Notes: generated by a model from the sequence alone, not told the origin. A stretch of DNA of 64,000 bases from an uncultured virus (IMG/VR IMGVR_UViG_3300035191_000065) (IMGVR_UViG_3300035191_000065), one strand, 5' to 3'. Positions 39,135 to 48,392 are shown, numbered from the stretch's first letter. Numbers and translations: made by a program.

Positions 39135-39847
39135 GTCTCTACTTATAGGCCGTAGAGATGGCCTTTATGACACACCTATCGGCGGCTCGAACCAGTGCTG
39201 AAGTTGGGCTGTCTCTACTCATAGGCCGTAGAGATGGCCTTTATGACAACCAAGGCGCAAGTTTGGTTCGGTTCAGAATGGAGCAAGTCTCTACTCATAG
39301 GCTGTAGAGATAGCCTTTGTGACGGACGTAGCTAACGGAACCGGACTGCCCTACTCTACAGTGTCTCTACTCATAGGCCGTAGAGATGGCCTTTATGACA
39401 GGACGGGAAATATCGTTTACAGAGGAAGACAACCGATGTCTCTACTCATAGGCCGTAGAGATGGCCTTTGTGACTTCGTCCTTCGAGCACGAGTACATCC
39501 TGGGCTTGCTCCGGTCTCTACTCATAGGCTGTAGAGATAGCCTTTGTGACTCGTGCCCGCACATCTCGCTCCTCAGCGGCCTCTCGTCCTGTCTCTACTC
39601 ATAGGCTGTAGAGATAGCCTTTGTGACCTGTCAGAGGGTGGAGTTTACGATGCTGTTTATCCGTCTCTACTCATAGGCTGTAGAGATAGCCTTTGTGACC
39701 TTAACAATGGAAGCATTTTGATCAAGAATTCTAACTTGTCTCTACTCATAGGCTGTAGAGATAGCCTTTGTGACCCCTTTGAGGACAGAATGTTTGCGAA
39801 GCGTCTACATGTCTCTACTCATAGGCTGTAGAGATAGCCTTTGTGAC
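39135..39847 (-). CRISPR. CRISPR array: 10 repeats of 37 bp and 9 spacers of 35-40 bp
   Basis: Minus-strand repeat GTCAYAAAGGCYATCTCTACRGCCTATGAGTAGAGAC; plus-strand starts 39135, 39211, 39287, 39363, 39438, 39514, 39591, 39663, 39738, 39811; the 39135 copy carries an extra mutation, consistent with a trailer end. Confidence 0.98.
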
Positions 39848-39910
39848 GGCACTGTCAGAATGCCTTGTCTTTTCGTTGAAGTATATGCCGTTTTTCGAGC
39901 GGGTCCGAGA

Positions 39911-41647
39911 TTAATCAGTGTGGTCTTCGTTATCTCCTTGTTTTTTCTTTTCTTGTACCGATTTCCATCCGTAATTCTTTGACTTTTTAGGTGCGAGCGG
40001 GTCCAGGGAGTTGATTGCATCAGCGGCTCTCGCGAGCATGTTCTTGGCATTGTTGATGTCCTGGTCCCAATGTTCACCACATTCCTGGCAGGTGTGCATG
40101 ATGTTACCAGAGGCATCCCATGGCTCTGTGCAACCGCAAAAAAAGCACTCTTGGGTTGCATATGTGGTTTGGCCCTCGATAATGTGACACCCGAGCCGTG
40201 TCGCGGTGCTGCCGATGATCTGCCTGGCAATGGATGGGGCAGCTTCAACCCGCTGACCCGCTGGACCTCTTTTCCGATCTTCGTCTTCGACAATGTTCTT
40301 CATGTCGTATTTTTCGGCGATGATGATGTCGTAGTTTGTCGCTATGTAAAGAGCGAACTTTCGATAGACATCGCGCCGGTGGTTTAGGGCGCCATTTTTT
40401 ACACCACGGGCATACCAATTGAGATGCCTATCTTTGTAGGCCCAGGGTTTCAAAATTGCGCTCTGTTCGTCGGTTAAGTCTTCGCGACGAGAAAGTTTTT
40501 GAAAAGAGTCGGGGCTTTTCCATTTGGCGCAGTTGATGCCGGACATGATGAGCTTAGGCCGGATTTCATCGATCAGTTTGTCTCGAATCGATCGTAGGTT
40601 GTTGTATTTTTCAATACGATCTCTGAATTCCTTGTCGCTTAGAATAATCTCGCCCGATTGACCGTCAGTATCCACCCAGGTGGCTGCTCGAAGGGATCCA
40701 TCGGCTAGTTTGCGCCAACCTAAATTAATGGCAACGGCTTTTTTGTTGGTTTTTGGAAAAGCGTCGGGGACCTCAAGAGTGATTTGTACCTGCCATTTGT
40801 AGGCTTGATGTTGATGCCATGGGGTTCGGATAACACATACCCATTTGACAATCGCGCCAGCAGGAAAGCCCCGGTGCAGGTAAACGGGGATGTCAGCCCA
40901 TATGGGTTTTCTGTTTTCAGATCCTACGCGCAAATGGATGGTTGTGTATTGCATCTTGCGGCGTTGGCCACGGGGAATGTTCGTGTTGTACGCATTGGCT
41001 GGAAGGGGATCTATGTAACATCTCGTGTTAGGTTTGAACAGGTTCTCTGCTGGCATCCCATTCTGAATTTGCATGCCAACAACACCATGGCCTGTCCATT
41101 TTCGCCACGCTGGCCGTTCGGTCCATGGGGGGCGCTTTTTGCCAGGCTTAAAAATAGGCTTTGCTTTCTTGGCTTGCTGAAACGCTCGCTCGATGCACAG
41201 ATAGGTTCCCCAGAAAGTTTCGGTCTCGGATCGAGCCTTTTTTATAGATGCCGTTAGCTCATCCTTGGCTGCCTTGTATTTGGTTTGCAATGAATCAGCA
41301 TGAGGGGCCTTGGCGTCTTTGAGAGCTGCAGCCGCCGCCTTCTTTTCGGCAACAGCCTTTTTCATTTCATCGGGCGTTGGTGGAGTAATACTTGAGTCGC
41401 TTGACTTGGCTAGTTTTTTTAGCGCGATCAATCCGTCAACAGCCTCTTCAGCGTTATCGAAGAGTGCCTGAGCTTTTGCGATCTCCGGGAACTCGGCTTG
41501 GGCTGCGCGAATTGCCTTGCGGTAACAACGTTCTAGCTCGATGAGCTTATTGTAGTAGTTGTGCCCGTGGTAGATGTTGTCATGAACGAGCTGTGCGTTT
41601 TTTGTTGGTGCACGGCCTCCAAAATTGAAAACGATGGTTCTGGACAT
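39911..41647 (-). CDS. cas12m: Compact type V CRISPR effector, Cas12m (V-U1)-like, 578 aa, RuvC-I Asp replaced by Asn
   Basis: FWGTY, WTGHG..G.QIQ, LRVGS..KP.W.DIPV.LHR.FP, AVAINLGWR, KWKSP, HRRDVYR, IIIAE, AAPS, CxxC/CxxC zinc finger, WDQDINNAKN, all recalled from Cas12m; AAGGAGG SD; abuts the array. Confidence 0.85.
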   Translation of the reverse strand: MSRTIVFNFGGRAPTKNAQLVHDNIYHGHNYYNKLIELERCYRKAIRAAQAEFPEIAKAQALFDNAEEAVDGLIALKKLAKSSDSSITPPTPDEMKKAVAEKKAAAAALKDAKAPHADSLQTKYKAAKDELTASIKKARSETETFWGTYLCIERAFQQAKKAKPIFKPGKKRPPWTERPAWRKWTGHGVVGMQIQNGMPAENLFKPNTRCYIDPLPANAYNTNIPRGQRRKMQYTTIHLRVGSENRKPIWADIPVYLHRGFPAGAIVKWVCVIRTPWHQHQAYKWQVQITLEVPDAFPKTNKKAVAINLGWRKLADGSLRAATWVDTDGQSGEIILSDKEFRDRIEKYNNLRSIRDKLIDEIRPKLIMSGINCAKWKSPDSFQKLSRREDLTDEQSAILKPWAYKDRHLNWYARGVKNGALNHRRDVYRKFALYIATNYDIIIAEKYDMKNIVEDEDRKRGPAGQRVEAAPSIARQIIGSTATRLGCHIIEGQTTYATQECFFCGCTEPWDASGNIMHTCQECGEHWDQDINNAKNMLARAADAINSLDPLAPKKSKNYGWKSVQEKKKQGDNEDHTD

Positions 41648-41745
41648 TTGTTGCCTCCTTGGAGCCCTGGCCACTTTCTCAGAGTGACCAGGACTTATTA
41701 GTGGTGGTCACGATCCCACGGGCGTCCTGGGGATGAACGCCTGTG

Positions 41746-42576
41746 CTACCCGACCATCTCTTGAACGCGGCTCCTTTTGGTGCCGAAGGCGTAGGCTCGG
41801 CGACACTGGGAGCAGCTCCCGACGAACATCCCGTAGAACTTTTCGTTGAACTCTTTGAAGCGCTCGGGGAAGCCACCTGAGACAAAGTTGTGGACGCGAT
41901 CGTAGTCCCAGGTGCCGAAGGCGCACTTATAGATGACGCCGTCCTCGTCTATTAAGAACGTATACTTGTTAACAGGGTTGTGGCAGTAGCAAGCCATCAT
42001 CCCGAAGAGGCTCATGTCGAACGCAGAGCGCCCGACCGGAACGATCCCCATGTCGCTCTCGTCGCCTCCGACCTTGTGAAGCAGGTTGTGCTCCTTGCAG
42101 AACTCTTCTGCCGTGACCACATGTTTGTTTGTGTGCCACTTGTCGGTGGTGATGGCGAGGAAGCAGTGCTCGTGGGACTCCATGAATTCGAGGACTTGTC
42201 TTGAGGACTGTTCGTCCGCGGCCCAGTCGCCGTTTGTGACTAGGCGAGCGTAGTCGAGCCCCTCAACGATCATCCCCAGGACTTCTTCCCAGTCCGGGTT
42301 GAGCCAGAACTCGCCGCCCATGATGTTCGCCGAGTGGATGGGGTTTGCGTCGAGGAACTGGTGAACCAGCTCTGCGACCTCTGGGGGCATGTGCTTATCC
42401 TGCTGGGGTGATGAGGACCAGCAGCAGTGGCCACATTTCTGGGTGCATTTGAGAGTTAACCGAATGGTGGGGCGAAGAGTGCGGTAGCAGCAGTCGCGCT
42501 TGTCGCAGCTCTCGCAATCGCAATCTCTTCGCCCCTCGCACTTCGGGTCGATGCAGAACTGGCAGCGCTCGTTCAT
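41746..42576 (-). CDS. Radical SAM protein with C-terminal SPASM/twitch-like Cys motif
   Basis: CTQKCGHC, MGGE, VTNG, IDEDGVIYKC. Confidence 0.85.
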   Translation of the reverse strand: MNERCQFCIDPKCEGRRDCDCESCDKRDCCYRTLRPTIRLTLKCTQKCGHCCWSSSPQQDKHMPPEVAELVHQFLDANPIHSANIMGGEFWLNPDWEEVLGMIVEGLDYARLVTNGDWAADEQSSRQVLEFMESHEHCFLAITTDKWHTNKHVVTAEEFCKEHNLLHKVGGDESDMGIVPVGRSAFDMSLFGMMACYCHNPVNKYTFLIDEDGVIYKCAFGTWDYDRVHNFVSGGFPERFKEFNEKFYGMFVGSCSQCRRAYAFGTKRSRVQEMVG

Positions 42577-43187
42577 TTCTGGGCCTCGTCGTTGCTGATG
42601 AGACGGATGTGGACCGTCGCCGTGTCGTGGCTGACCCTGATCCGTCCCCAGGATGGAGTGATATAGAGGAAGCCGCTGCGCTGAAGGCAGTCGCACTTCC
42701 ACTCGGGGAGCCGTACCGGCTCGTCGCCGATGGACCGAGTCCGAGTGCCGCGCATGTCGGTCAGCTCGAAGACGTCGTGCGCGTTCATGCCGAGTTCGCT
42801 GATGCGGCCCACAGGCTTGCGATCCGGCGTCACGGTGACGACAAAATCCATGATTCGGTAGCCCGACTGATCGACCCTGTCCGTTGGGATGATGACGATG
42901 CCATCACACTCAATCTCGCCGTTGGACGAGAGAAGCATGACCCGGTCGAACTCTTCTGGAGTCATATGATTGGCGTCGTTCATTGGATTGATTCCTTTCG
43001 GGAAACACCTTTTGCAGGGGTCGTAGCTGACGGGTATCTCCCATTCGCGCTCCAAGGCGCTGACGTCTACCTTGGTTCCGCACTTGGGACGACCGCTCGC
43101 GTCGGCCAGGTGAAAGCGCGATCCCTTTCTGGTGTTGCTGTTGAGCACGAAGGCGTATCCGTGCGGTGCTGGGATGTTAGACTTCAT
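42573..43187 (-). CDS. Hypothetical protein
   Basis: H..C..CxxC N-terminal zinc motif; operon packing. Confidence 0.55.
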   Translation of the reverse strand: MKSNIPAPHGYAFVLNSNTRKGSRFHLADASGRPKCGTKVDVSALEREWEIPVSYDPCKRCFPKGINPMNDANHMTPEEFDRVMLLSSNGEIECDGIVIIPTDRVDQSGYRIMDFVVTVTPDRKPVGRISELGMNAHDVFELTDMRGTRTRSIGDEPVRLPEWKCDCLQRSGFLYITPSWGRIRVSHDTATVHIRLISNDEAQK

Positions 43188-43629
43188 GGGGCGCCACCCA
43201 GACGATGTGCGGCTTCCCATCGATTTCTGTTGTCAGCAGCTCGCTCTCTTCGGAGCCGGTGCCTCTAATGACACAGTTCAACTCGTCCTGGGACTCTTGG
43301 TTTATGGCGCGGCGGTGGTCGCGCTTTTTCACCTCGATCGCGACGACGTGAACGTTGACGCCGAAGAGAGTGGGAGAGGGAACACTGTCGTGGCTGTGGA
43401 AAAGGAGTGAGTGAGTGCTGGTCCGCTCCCAGTAGCCGTTCTCCTCCATCTTGAGGATTGCGGGAACGTGGCCTTTCTTGTTGCACTCGTGGCAGATGTC
43501 GAAGGTGTTGCCGTCGAAGTCTTCGACTTGTCTCCAGTCGCCCTTGACTTGCTCTCTGATCGAGTCGCCGGGGTTGTCCCGGTCGATCTCGATTGTTCTG
43601 CCGCAGACGTCACACTTCATGACGAACAT
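43177..43629 (-). CDS. Hypothetical zinc-ribbon protein
   Basis: CDVCG...DICHEC; AAAGGAG SD. Confidence 0.6.
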   Translation of the reverse strand: MFVMKCDVCGRTIEIDRDNPGDSIREQVKGDWRQVEDFDGNTFDICHECNKKGHVPAILKMEENGYWERTSTHSLLFHSHDSVPSPTLFGVNVHVVAIEVKKRDHRRAINQESQDELNCVIRGTGSEESELLTTEIDGKPHIVWVAPHEV

Positions 43630-43667
43630 GGCTGCTCCTTTCTCGTCCTGGGGACGAAGTTATATGC

Positions 43668-43988
43668 CTATGGGAGGCGTAGCCGGTAGAGCACCCGGCG
43701 CACCTTGGGGTTCTCGTGCTCGCGCCTGTGCTCTTGACGAGCAAGAGCGTATCCTTCTGGTGTCAGGTCCCAGCCATAGCCGTCTACCGTCGATCCGTAG
43801 TGGTTGGTATCACCCGGTTCAAGCCACGCTGCGAGACCGAGGCGTTGCAAACTCCGAATCGTCCGTAGTAGGCCGTTGGCTCTGTGTCCATTCTTTGGGA
43901 ATGCCCAGTTCCAGTCCTTCATGCGGAGGAGAGCTGCCCACTGATGTACAGAAAGTTTCGGTATTGGAACTTTGTCATCTGATGACAT
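43668..43988 (-). CDS. Hypothetical protein, winged-helix-like
   Basis: TIRSLQRLGL...WDLTPEG; AAGGAGGT SD. Confidence 0.55.
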   Translation of the reverse strand: MSSDDKVPIPKLSVHQWAALLRMKDWNWAFPKNGHRANGLLRTIRSLQRLGLAAWLEPGDTNHYGSTVDGYGWDLTPEGYALARQEHRREHENPKVRRVLYRLRLP

Positions 43989-43999
43989 TGAGACCTCCT

Positions 44000-44063
44000 T
44001 GGGACCAGGCCGGGGAGTCGAACCCCGGTCACCGTCCTCCAGATGATCTGGAAAACCCTGGTC
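44000..44063 (-). ncRNA. tRNA-like element without D arm
   Basis: GACCAGG...CCGGGG-TTCGACT-CCCCGG-CCTGGTC-CCA. Confidence 0.65.
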
Positions 44064-44103
44064 TGTCTTTCGTCTTGAAGATGGTGATGTCGTCCAGAAC
44101 GGA

Positions 44104-45159
44104 CTAGGCGGCGGCGTCCTTCTTCGCGGATCCCTTCTTCTTCGCGATGGTCGGACCCTTCTTCGGCGGGGTCTTGGTCTTGGAGGTGGTCTTGGCCGGG
44201 GACTTCTTGCCCTTCTCGTCGAGCGGCAACGTTTGCTGCTTGGAGTTGCCCTTCTTCGAGCCCTTCGCGTTGCCCTTCTTGGCCTTCTTCTTCTTGGCCT
44301 TCAGCTCCGCGACGACCTCGGCGAGGCCGACGTCCTCCAGGGTTACCTGGCCCAGCATGAACTGGAGGGCGCCCCAGAAGGAGTCGTACTTCTCCGCGAT
44401 TTCGGGCTTCTTGTCGAGGGCGACGAGCTTCTGCACGACGCGCTTCGATGGAGTGACCGGGCGGTTTCCGGTAGAGCGGCTGATATTCCGAGCCGTCGGC
44501 TTGACGCCGCTCGCGATGACCTCCTCGGCCTTCGTGACCTGCTCCGCATGTGGGAGCTTGACGAGCTGAGTGGCAGCCGACGCCGAGAGGGTGCCCTTCT
44601 TGATCATGGTCTGCACCTTCGGGGCGAGGTCCAGCAGCTTGAGGAGCTGCCGCACGTTGGCGACGGTGATACCGTAGGCGTTCGCCGCCGCCTCCTCGTC
44701 GCGCCCCATATCCATGAACTGAGCGATCTTCTCAGCCTTGGCGATGGGGGTGTCGTCTCGACGGTTCTCGTTCGCCGAGATGAGGATGCCGAAGAGCTTG
44801 GACGGGTCACCGGTCTTGAGGACGATCGGAACCAGGATCGGCTCCTTGCCCTCCCTGCGGAGACGCACGTTCGCCTCGCGAGCTGCGATGACTCGACCAC
44901 GGCCGTCGATGACGTAGGCGCGGTTCTCTCCGTCGTCGCTGACGATCTTCTGGACCTTCACGGCCTCGATGACGCCGTAGACCATCATGTTGCGGACCAT
45001 GCCCTCGTCAGGCTTGTCGTGGACGCGCTTGTCGTACAGGTGTGCAAGTTCAGCCGTCTTGGGGACGTCGTTTGGGCCGTTGCCTCCGACCAGAACGATC
45101 TCGTCGGGGTCGAGGAAGAAGCCGTTGAGCCTTGGACCCTTGAACGCTTGACCTCCCAT
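44104..45159 (-). CDS. ParB/RepB/Spo0J-like protein with Lys-rich histone-like tail
   Basis: VIDGRGR..A, ANENRRD.TP..KA, HTH, LL.LL.L.P.VQ..I..G.LS. Confidence 0.8.
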   Translation of the reverse strand: MGGQAFKGPRLNGFFLDPDEIVLVGGNGPNDVPKTAELAHLYDKRVHDKPDEGMVRNMMVYGVIEAVKVQKIVSDDGENRAYVIDGRGRVIAAREANVRLRREGKEPILVPIVLKTGDPSKLFGILISANENRRDDTPIAKAEKIAQFMDMGRDEEAAANAYGITVANVRQLLKLLDLAPKVQTMIKKGTLSASAATQLVKLPHAEQVTKAEEVIASGVKPTARNISRSTGNRPVTPSKRVVQKLVALDKKPEIAEKYDSFWGALQFMLGQVTLEDVGLAEVVAELKAKKKKAKKGNAKGSKKGNSKQQTLPLDEKGKKSPAKTTSKTKTPPKKGPTIAKKKGSAKKDAAA

Positions 45160-45274
45160 GGATCTGCCTCCTTTCGTACTGCTCGCGCTTCGCGGCAGCA
45201 CGTAGACGTTAGGTGTAACCAACGTCGACTTTGACTTCGTGATTCTGTGAAGTCGGTTGATGTTGTGGCTGTTG

Positions 45275-45571
45275 TTACAGCCGTGGGTCGTCTTTCGGAA
45301 TGAACGTGACCAGCTCGTGAAAGTCCGAGTCGTAGACCACTCCGCAGACTTGGTTGCGAAAGCGAATACGCCAGAGGGTTCGCTTTCTGCTCTGGCGTTC
45401 GATGCAGGCGCAGTCTTTGTTTCTTGTTCCTGCCCTGATCATCTCCAGGATTTCTTCCCTCCCTTCGTCGTCGAGGTCGATGCCGTAGCGGACTGAAGCC
45501 GAGACAATCGCGTGCCTTCTTAAGTCTGCGGCAGTCTTCTTTTTTCTTCGCCTTGATCGGCGTTCCGCCAT
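45275..45571 (-). CDS. Hypothetical basic protein
   Basis: AAGGAGGT SD; HA....RYG motif. Confidence 0.6.
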   Translation of the reverse strand: MAERRSRRRKKKTAADLRRHAIVSASVRYGIDLDDEGREEILEMIRAGTRNKDCACIERQSRKRTLWRIRFRNQVCGVVYDSDFHELVTFIPKDDPRL

Positions 45572-45589
45572 CTCACCTCCTTTCCCTTA

Positions 45590-45624
45590 TGGTGCCCTGA
45601 GATGCTTTTCACACATCGCAGGGC
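45590..45624 (-). other. tRNA minihelix mimic (12 bp, 7-nt loop, ACCA)
   Basis: GCCCTGCGATGT-GTGAAAA-GCATCTCAGGGC-ACCA, intergenic. Confidence 0.65.
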
Positions 45625-45633
45625 AGGATTTAT

Positions 45634-45879
45634 TCATTCGATGATGGGCTCGCTGACGACCTCGAAGCCGCCGACTTCGCGGCCCTCCCAGATGAACTTC
45701 TCGCCGCTGTCGTGGTAGCGCTGGAGAAGAGCGGTGTGAGAGCCGCTGGTGAGAAGCGCCAGCTCGTACTTGGTCGTCCATGCGGTGACGGCGAGAAAAA
45801 CGGTGTCGTGAGGCATCGGGATGCAGCCGATTTCGTCGCCAGATGTGTCCATCGCCAGGACGCAGTGTTTGAGTTTCAT
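45634..45879 (-). CDS. Hypothetical protein
   Basis: Start MKLKH with AAGGAGGA SD. Confidence 0.55.
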   Translation of the reverse strand: MKLKHCVLAMDTSGDEIGCIPMPHDTVFLAVTAWTTKYELALLTSGSHTALLQRYHDSGEKFIWEGREVGGFEVVSEPIIE

Positions 45880-45892
45880 GGCTCCCTCCTCC

Positions 45893-46480
45893 TTACGGCT
45901 CGATCGAGCGTTGGACCTGGCACTCGCAGTAGAGACCAGCATCGGCGAGGTAGTGATCGCCGCACATGGAGCACTGCGCGTAGCCGAGGCCCTCGGCTTC
46001 GTCCGCTGCTGCATCGAGGATGGTTTCCACGGCCTCGAAAAAACGTTTCTCGCCGATCGAGTAGGGGATTTCGGGTCCGTACTCGAATGACTCGGTGTTG
46101 TCGCCGCCGTCGAATATCCAGTAGCAGCGAGCGAAGCCGCAGTAGAGGTTGATGCCGCACTCGACTCCCATGGTGCCATTGTTGGAAACACCAGCGTCAT
46201 GCTTGGGATGGATGAACAGATGCGATCGGTCGATTCGCTCTTCGACCTCGGCGTCGGAAAGGTCGATGTCCGCGCCCTCGGGGATGCCAGCCGTGTTCGG
46301 GGACCGGATGTGAGTTATCATCGTCAGGATGATTCCCTTGCAGCAGGTTCCCCATCGGTCGTTGATGAGATCAAAGGCATCCTTGGCCGGGAGGAGTGGT
46401 CCATCGAGTAGATGGAAGCAGTCGGGGCACGAGCCCTTCTCGGCGGTGGGTTTGTTTCCGCACCATTCGCAGTAGCTCAT
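45893..46480 (-). CDS. Hypothetical Cys-rich protein
   Basis: Start overlaps the upstream stop. Confidence 0.6.
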   Translation of the reverse strand: MSYCEWCGNKPTAEKGSCPDCFHLLDGPLLPAKDAFDLINDRWGTCCKGIILTMITHIRSPNTAGIPEGADIDLSDAEVEERIDRSHLFIHPKHDAGVSNNGTMGVECGINLYCGFARCYWIFDGGDNTESFEYGPEIPYSIGEKRFFEAVETILDAAADEAEGLGYAQCSMCGDHYLADAGLYCECQVQRSIEP

Positions 46481-46953
46481 GGCGCCCTCAACTGCTTGAC
46501 GTGCTCAATGATGGTCGTTCGAGCGTGCTCGGCACCAAGCTCGTTCCAGAGCCATTCGAGCTGCTCGGAGAGGCCACCGTTGTTGACGTCGCTTCCCTCC
46601 TTGGAGGCGACGTCGTGAACAAGCTCGTCCATGTGCTCGACCAGCTCTTGCTCCACCTCGGAAGTTCCGCGCTTTGCACCGAGCATCTTCAGGATTTCTT
46701 CCTCAAGCTGTTCGCAAGCGTGCGCTGCTGACCAGACAGCATCGTTCGATAGTTCCGGGCCTTCGAGGTCGTACTGGTCTCCCTCGAAAACTGCCCAGTT
46801 CGCCTCGTCAGCAAGATGCAGAAACTCCACCGAGTCGTCGGCAAGCTCGCCGTTACCGTTCCTGACGGATTCGATGGCGTCCTGTGGATTTTCGGCCTCG
46901 ACCACGTAGTCGGCCAGGTGTGTCTCATGGACTCGTACAGTGAACTTGGGCAT
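46477..46953 (-). CDS. Hypothetical acidic protein
   Basis: AAAGGAG SD. Confidence 0.65.
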   Translation of the reverse strand: MPKFTVRVHETHLADYVVEAENPQDAIESVRNGNGELADDSVEFLHLADEANWAVFEGDQYDLEGPELSNDAVWSAAHACEQLEEEILKMLGAKRGTSEVEQELVEHMDELVHDVASKEGSDVNNGGLSEQLEWLWNELGAEHARTTIIEHVKQLRAP

Positions 46954-46965
46954 AGCTGCTCCTTT

Positions 46966-47166
46966 CTAGTCAGTGACGACTGCCTCGGCACCGCACTCGT
47001 TACAGGTCCAGGTGTTGTCGGGGTCGGGGCCGTGGACAACTTCGCCGACACCAGAGTCGGCAGATTCCACGTACTCGCCGTTCTCATCGACAACCCAGTC
47101 CTCGGTGACATGCGTCACGGTGATGAACCTTCTGTGGTTCGTGTCGTTCGGGCAACGCGCTTTCAT
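46966..47166 (-). CDS. Small zinc-ribbon protein
   Basis: CP...F...HV...W.VD..G...WTCxxCG; AAGGAGG SD. Confidence 0.65.
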   Translation of the reverse strand: MKARCPNDTNHRRFITVTHVTEDWVVDENGEYVESADSGVGEVVHGPDPDNTWTCNECGAEAVVTD

Positions 47167-47199
47167 GGTCCCTCCTTACTCGTCCTGGGGACGAAATTT

Positions 47200-47234
47200 T
47201 GGTCCCTGTCCTCGGGTATCAGCCGGGGACAGAG
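47200..47234 (-). other. tRNA minihelix mimic
   Basis: CTCTGTCCCCGG-CTGATAC-CCGAGGACAGGG-ACCA, intergenic. Confidence 0.6.
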
Positions 47235-47253
47235 ATGATGGTGGGATGACAGG

Positions 47254-48066
47254 TTACTCGTCTTCGGCTGGGAACCAACGCCAGATGGAGACGTAAGCTC
47301 CGTCGTTGCTCTCTGAGACCTGGGGTTCGTCGTCGATGTCCCAGTCGTTCTCATCCAGCTCGTGTCGGAAAAACTCTCGGGCTCGCTCTCGGTAAATGTC
47401 TTCGGACGAAGGCATCGTCTGTGGGAGAGGTCGAGGGGTTGGCTCACCCTGAAGGCGCTCGATGGGGATCAGGGTCTTCTTGCAGAGAATCCAGCCCTCT
47501 TCTTCGGCGTCGTCTTCTGCGCCCATTGTCTTCAGGCCCTCGCGGGCTTCTTCGGGCGTCTTGTAGATAAAATCGAAGGCGAACTCGTGCTTGTGAGGGT
47601 CAGACCATGGAACAAGGAGTCTTCGGGTTGTTTCTCCCTCAACCGTCGCCAGGATGCGCCAGGTGTACCAAGTCTCGGTGGGTGGCAAGGAGTGAGTCGG
47701 CACGGGTGTCGGTTCGTCCTCAATACCCTCGGCGACTTCATCGTTGAGGGCTGCAGTGCATCGTCGCTGCTGCAACTCGCTCAGGTGCTCCTCGATGGTG
47801 CTCTCGCTGGCGAGCCCGTAAAGCTCGGCGGCTGTCTTGCGCCAGAAGTGAAGCTCGTTGTGATCGGGAAGCTCGATCGTCTGGCGACCGCCGATTTCGA
47901 TCCATTCGTCCTCGCTGTCTGGCTCGTAAAGATCCTCGCCAATGATGGCGATGACCTCTTCCTCGGTCGGGCCGCGTTCAGGGTCTTTGCACTGATGAGC
48001 GAACACCGGCCAGGCGTCGGTCCCGTGCCGGTGCGAGTAGATGACGGTCCAGTAAAAAACAGTCAT
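47254..48066 (-). CDS. Hypothetical acidic protein (270 aa)
   Basis: AAAGGAG SD. Confidence 0.65.
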   Translation of the reverse strand: MTVFYWTVIYSHRHGTDAWPVFAHQCKDPERGPTEEEVIAIIGEDLYEPDSEDEWIEIGGRQTIELPDHNELHFWRKTAAELYGLASESTIEEHLSELQQRRCTAALNDEVAEGIEDEPTPVPTHSLPPTETWYTWRILATVEGETTRRLLVPWSDPHKHEFAFDFIYKTPEEAREGLKTMGAEDDAEEEGWILCKKTLIPIERLQGEPTPRPLPQTMPSSEDIYRERAREFFRHELDENDWDIDDEPQVSESNDGAYVSIWRWFPAEDE

Positions 48067-48098
48067 GGCTGCTCCTTTCCCCGTCCTTGGGACGGATT

Positions 48099-48392
48099 TT
48101 ATCCGATGCCACCGACAATCTTCAGCCCATGCTCCTCGCAGAACCGAAAAACCTCGAAGGCGTTTGTGAAAAAGGCGAAGTCTTCGTCGGGGCTTTCATT
48201 CTCTATGATCGCCTCGTAGACATCACCGTTAGGAAAGAGCCGGTCATTAACCGCAGACATGACCGAGCCACGAGAGTAGTGCTTCGTCCTTTTGCACTCC
48301 CGTCCGTACTCTTCCCAGATGCTCGGCTTGACGAGGTGATAGTAAAAGTCCTCGCCGCCACCGTCCGTCACGATTAAAAAACGTTCTTTCAT
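48099..48392 (-). CDS. Hypothetical protein
   Basis: GAGGT SD. Confidence 0.55.
   Translation of the reverse strand: MKERFLIVTDGGGEDFYYHLVKPSIWEEYGRECKRTKHYSRGSVMSAVNDRLFPNGDVYEAIIENESPDEDFAFFTNAFEVFRFCEEHGLKIVGGIG

Noticed and set aside
39911..41647. IS200/IS605 TnpB transposon
   Set aside because: Longer than typical TnpB, carries Cas12m-type motifs, adjoins a CRISPR array, and no tnpA is nearby
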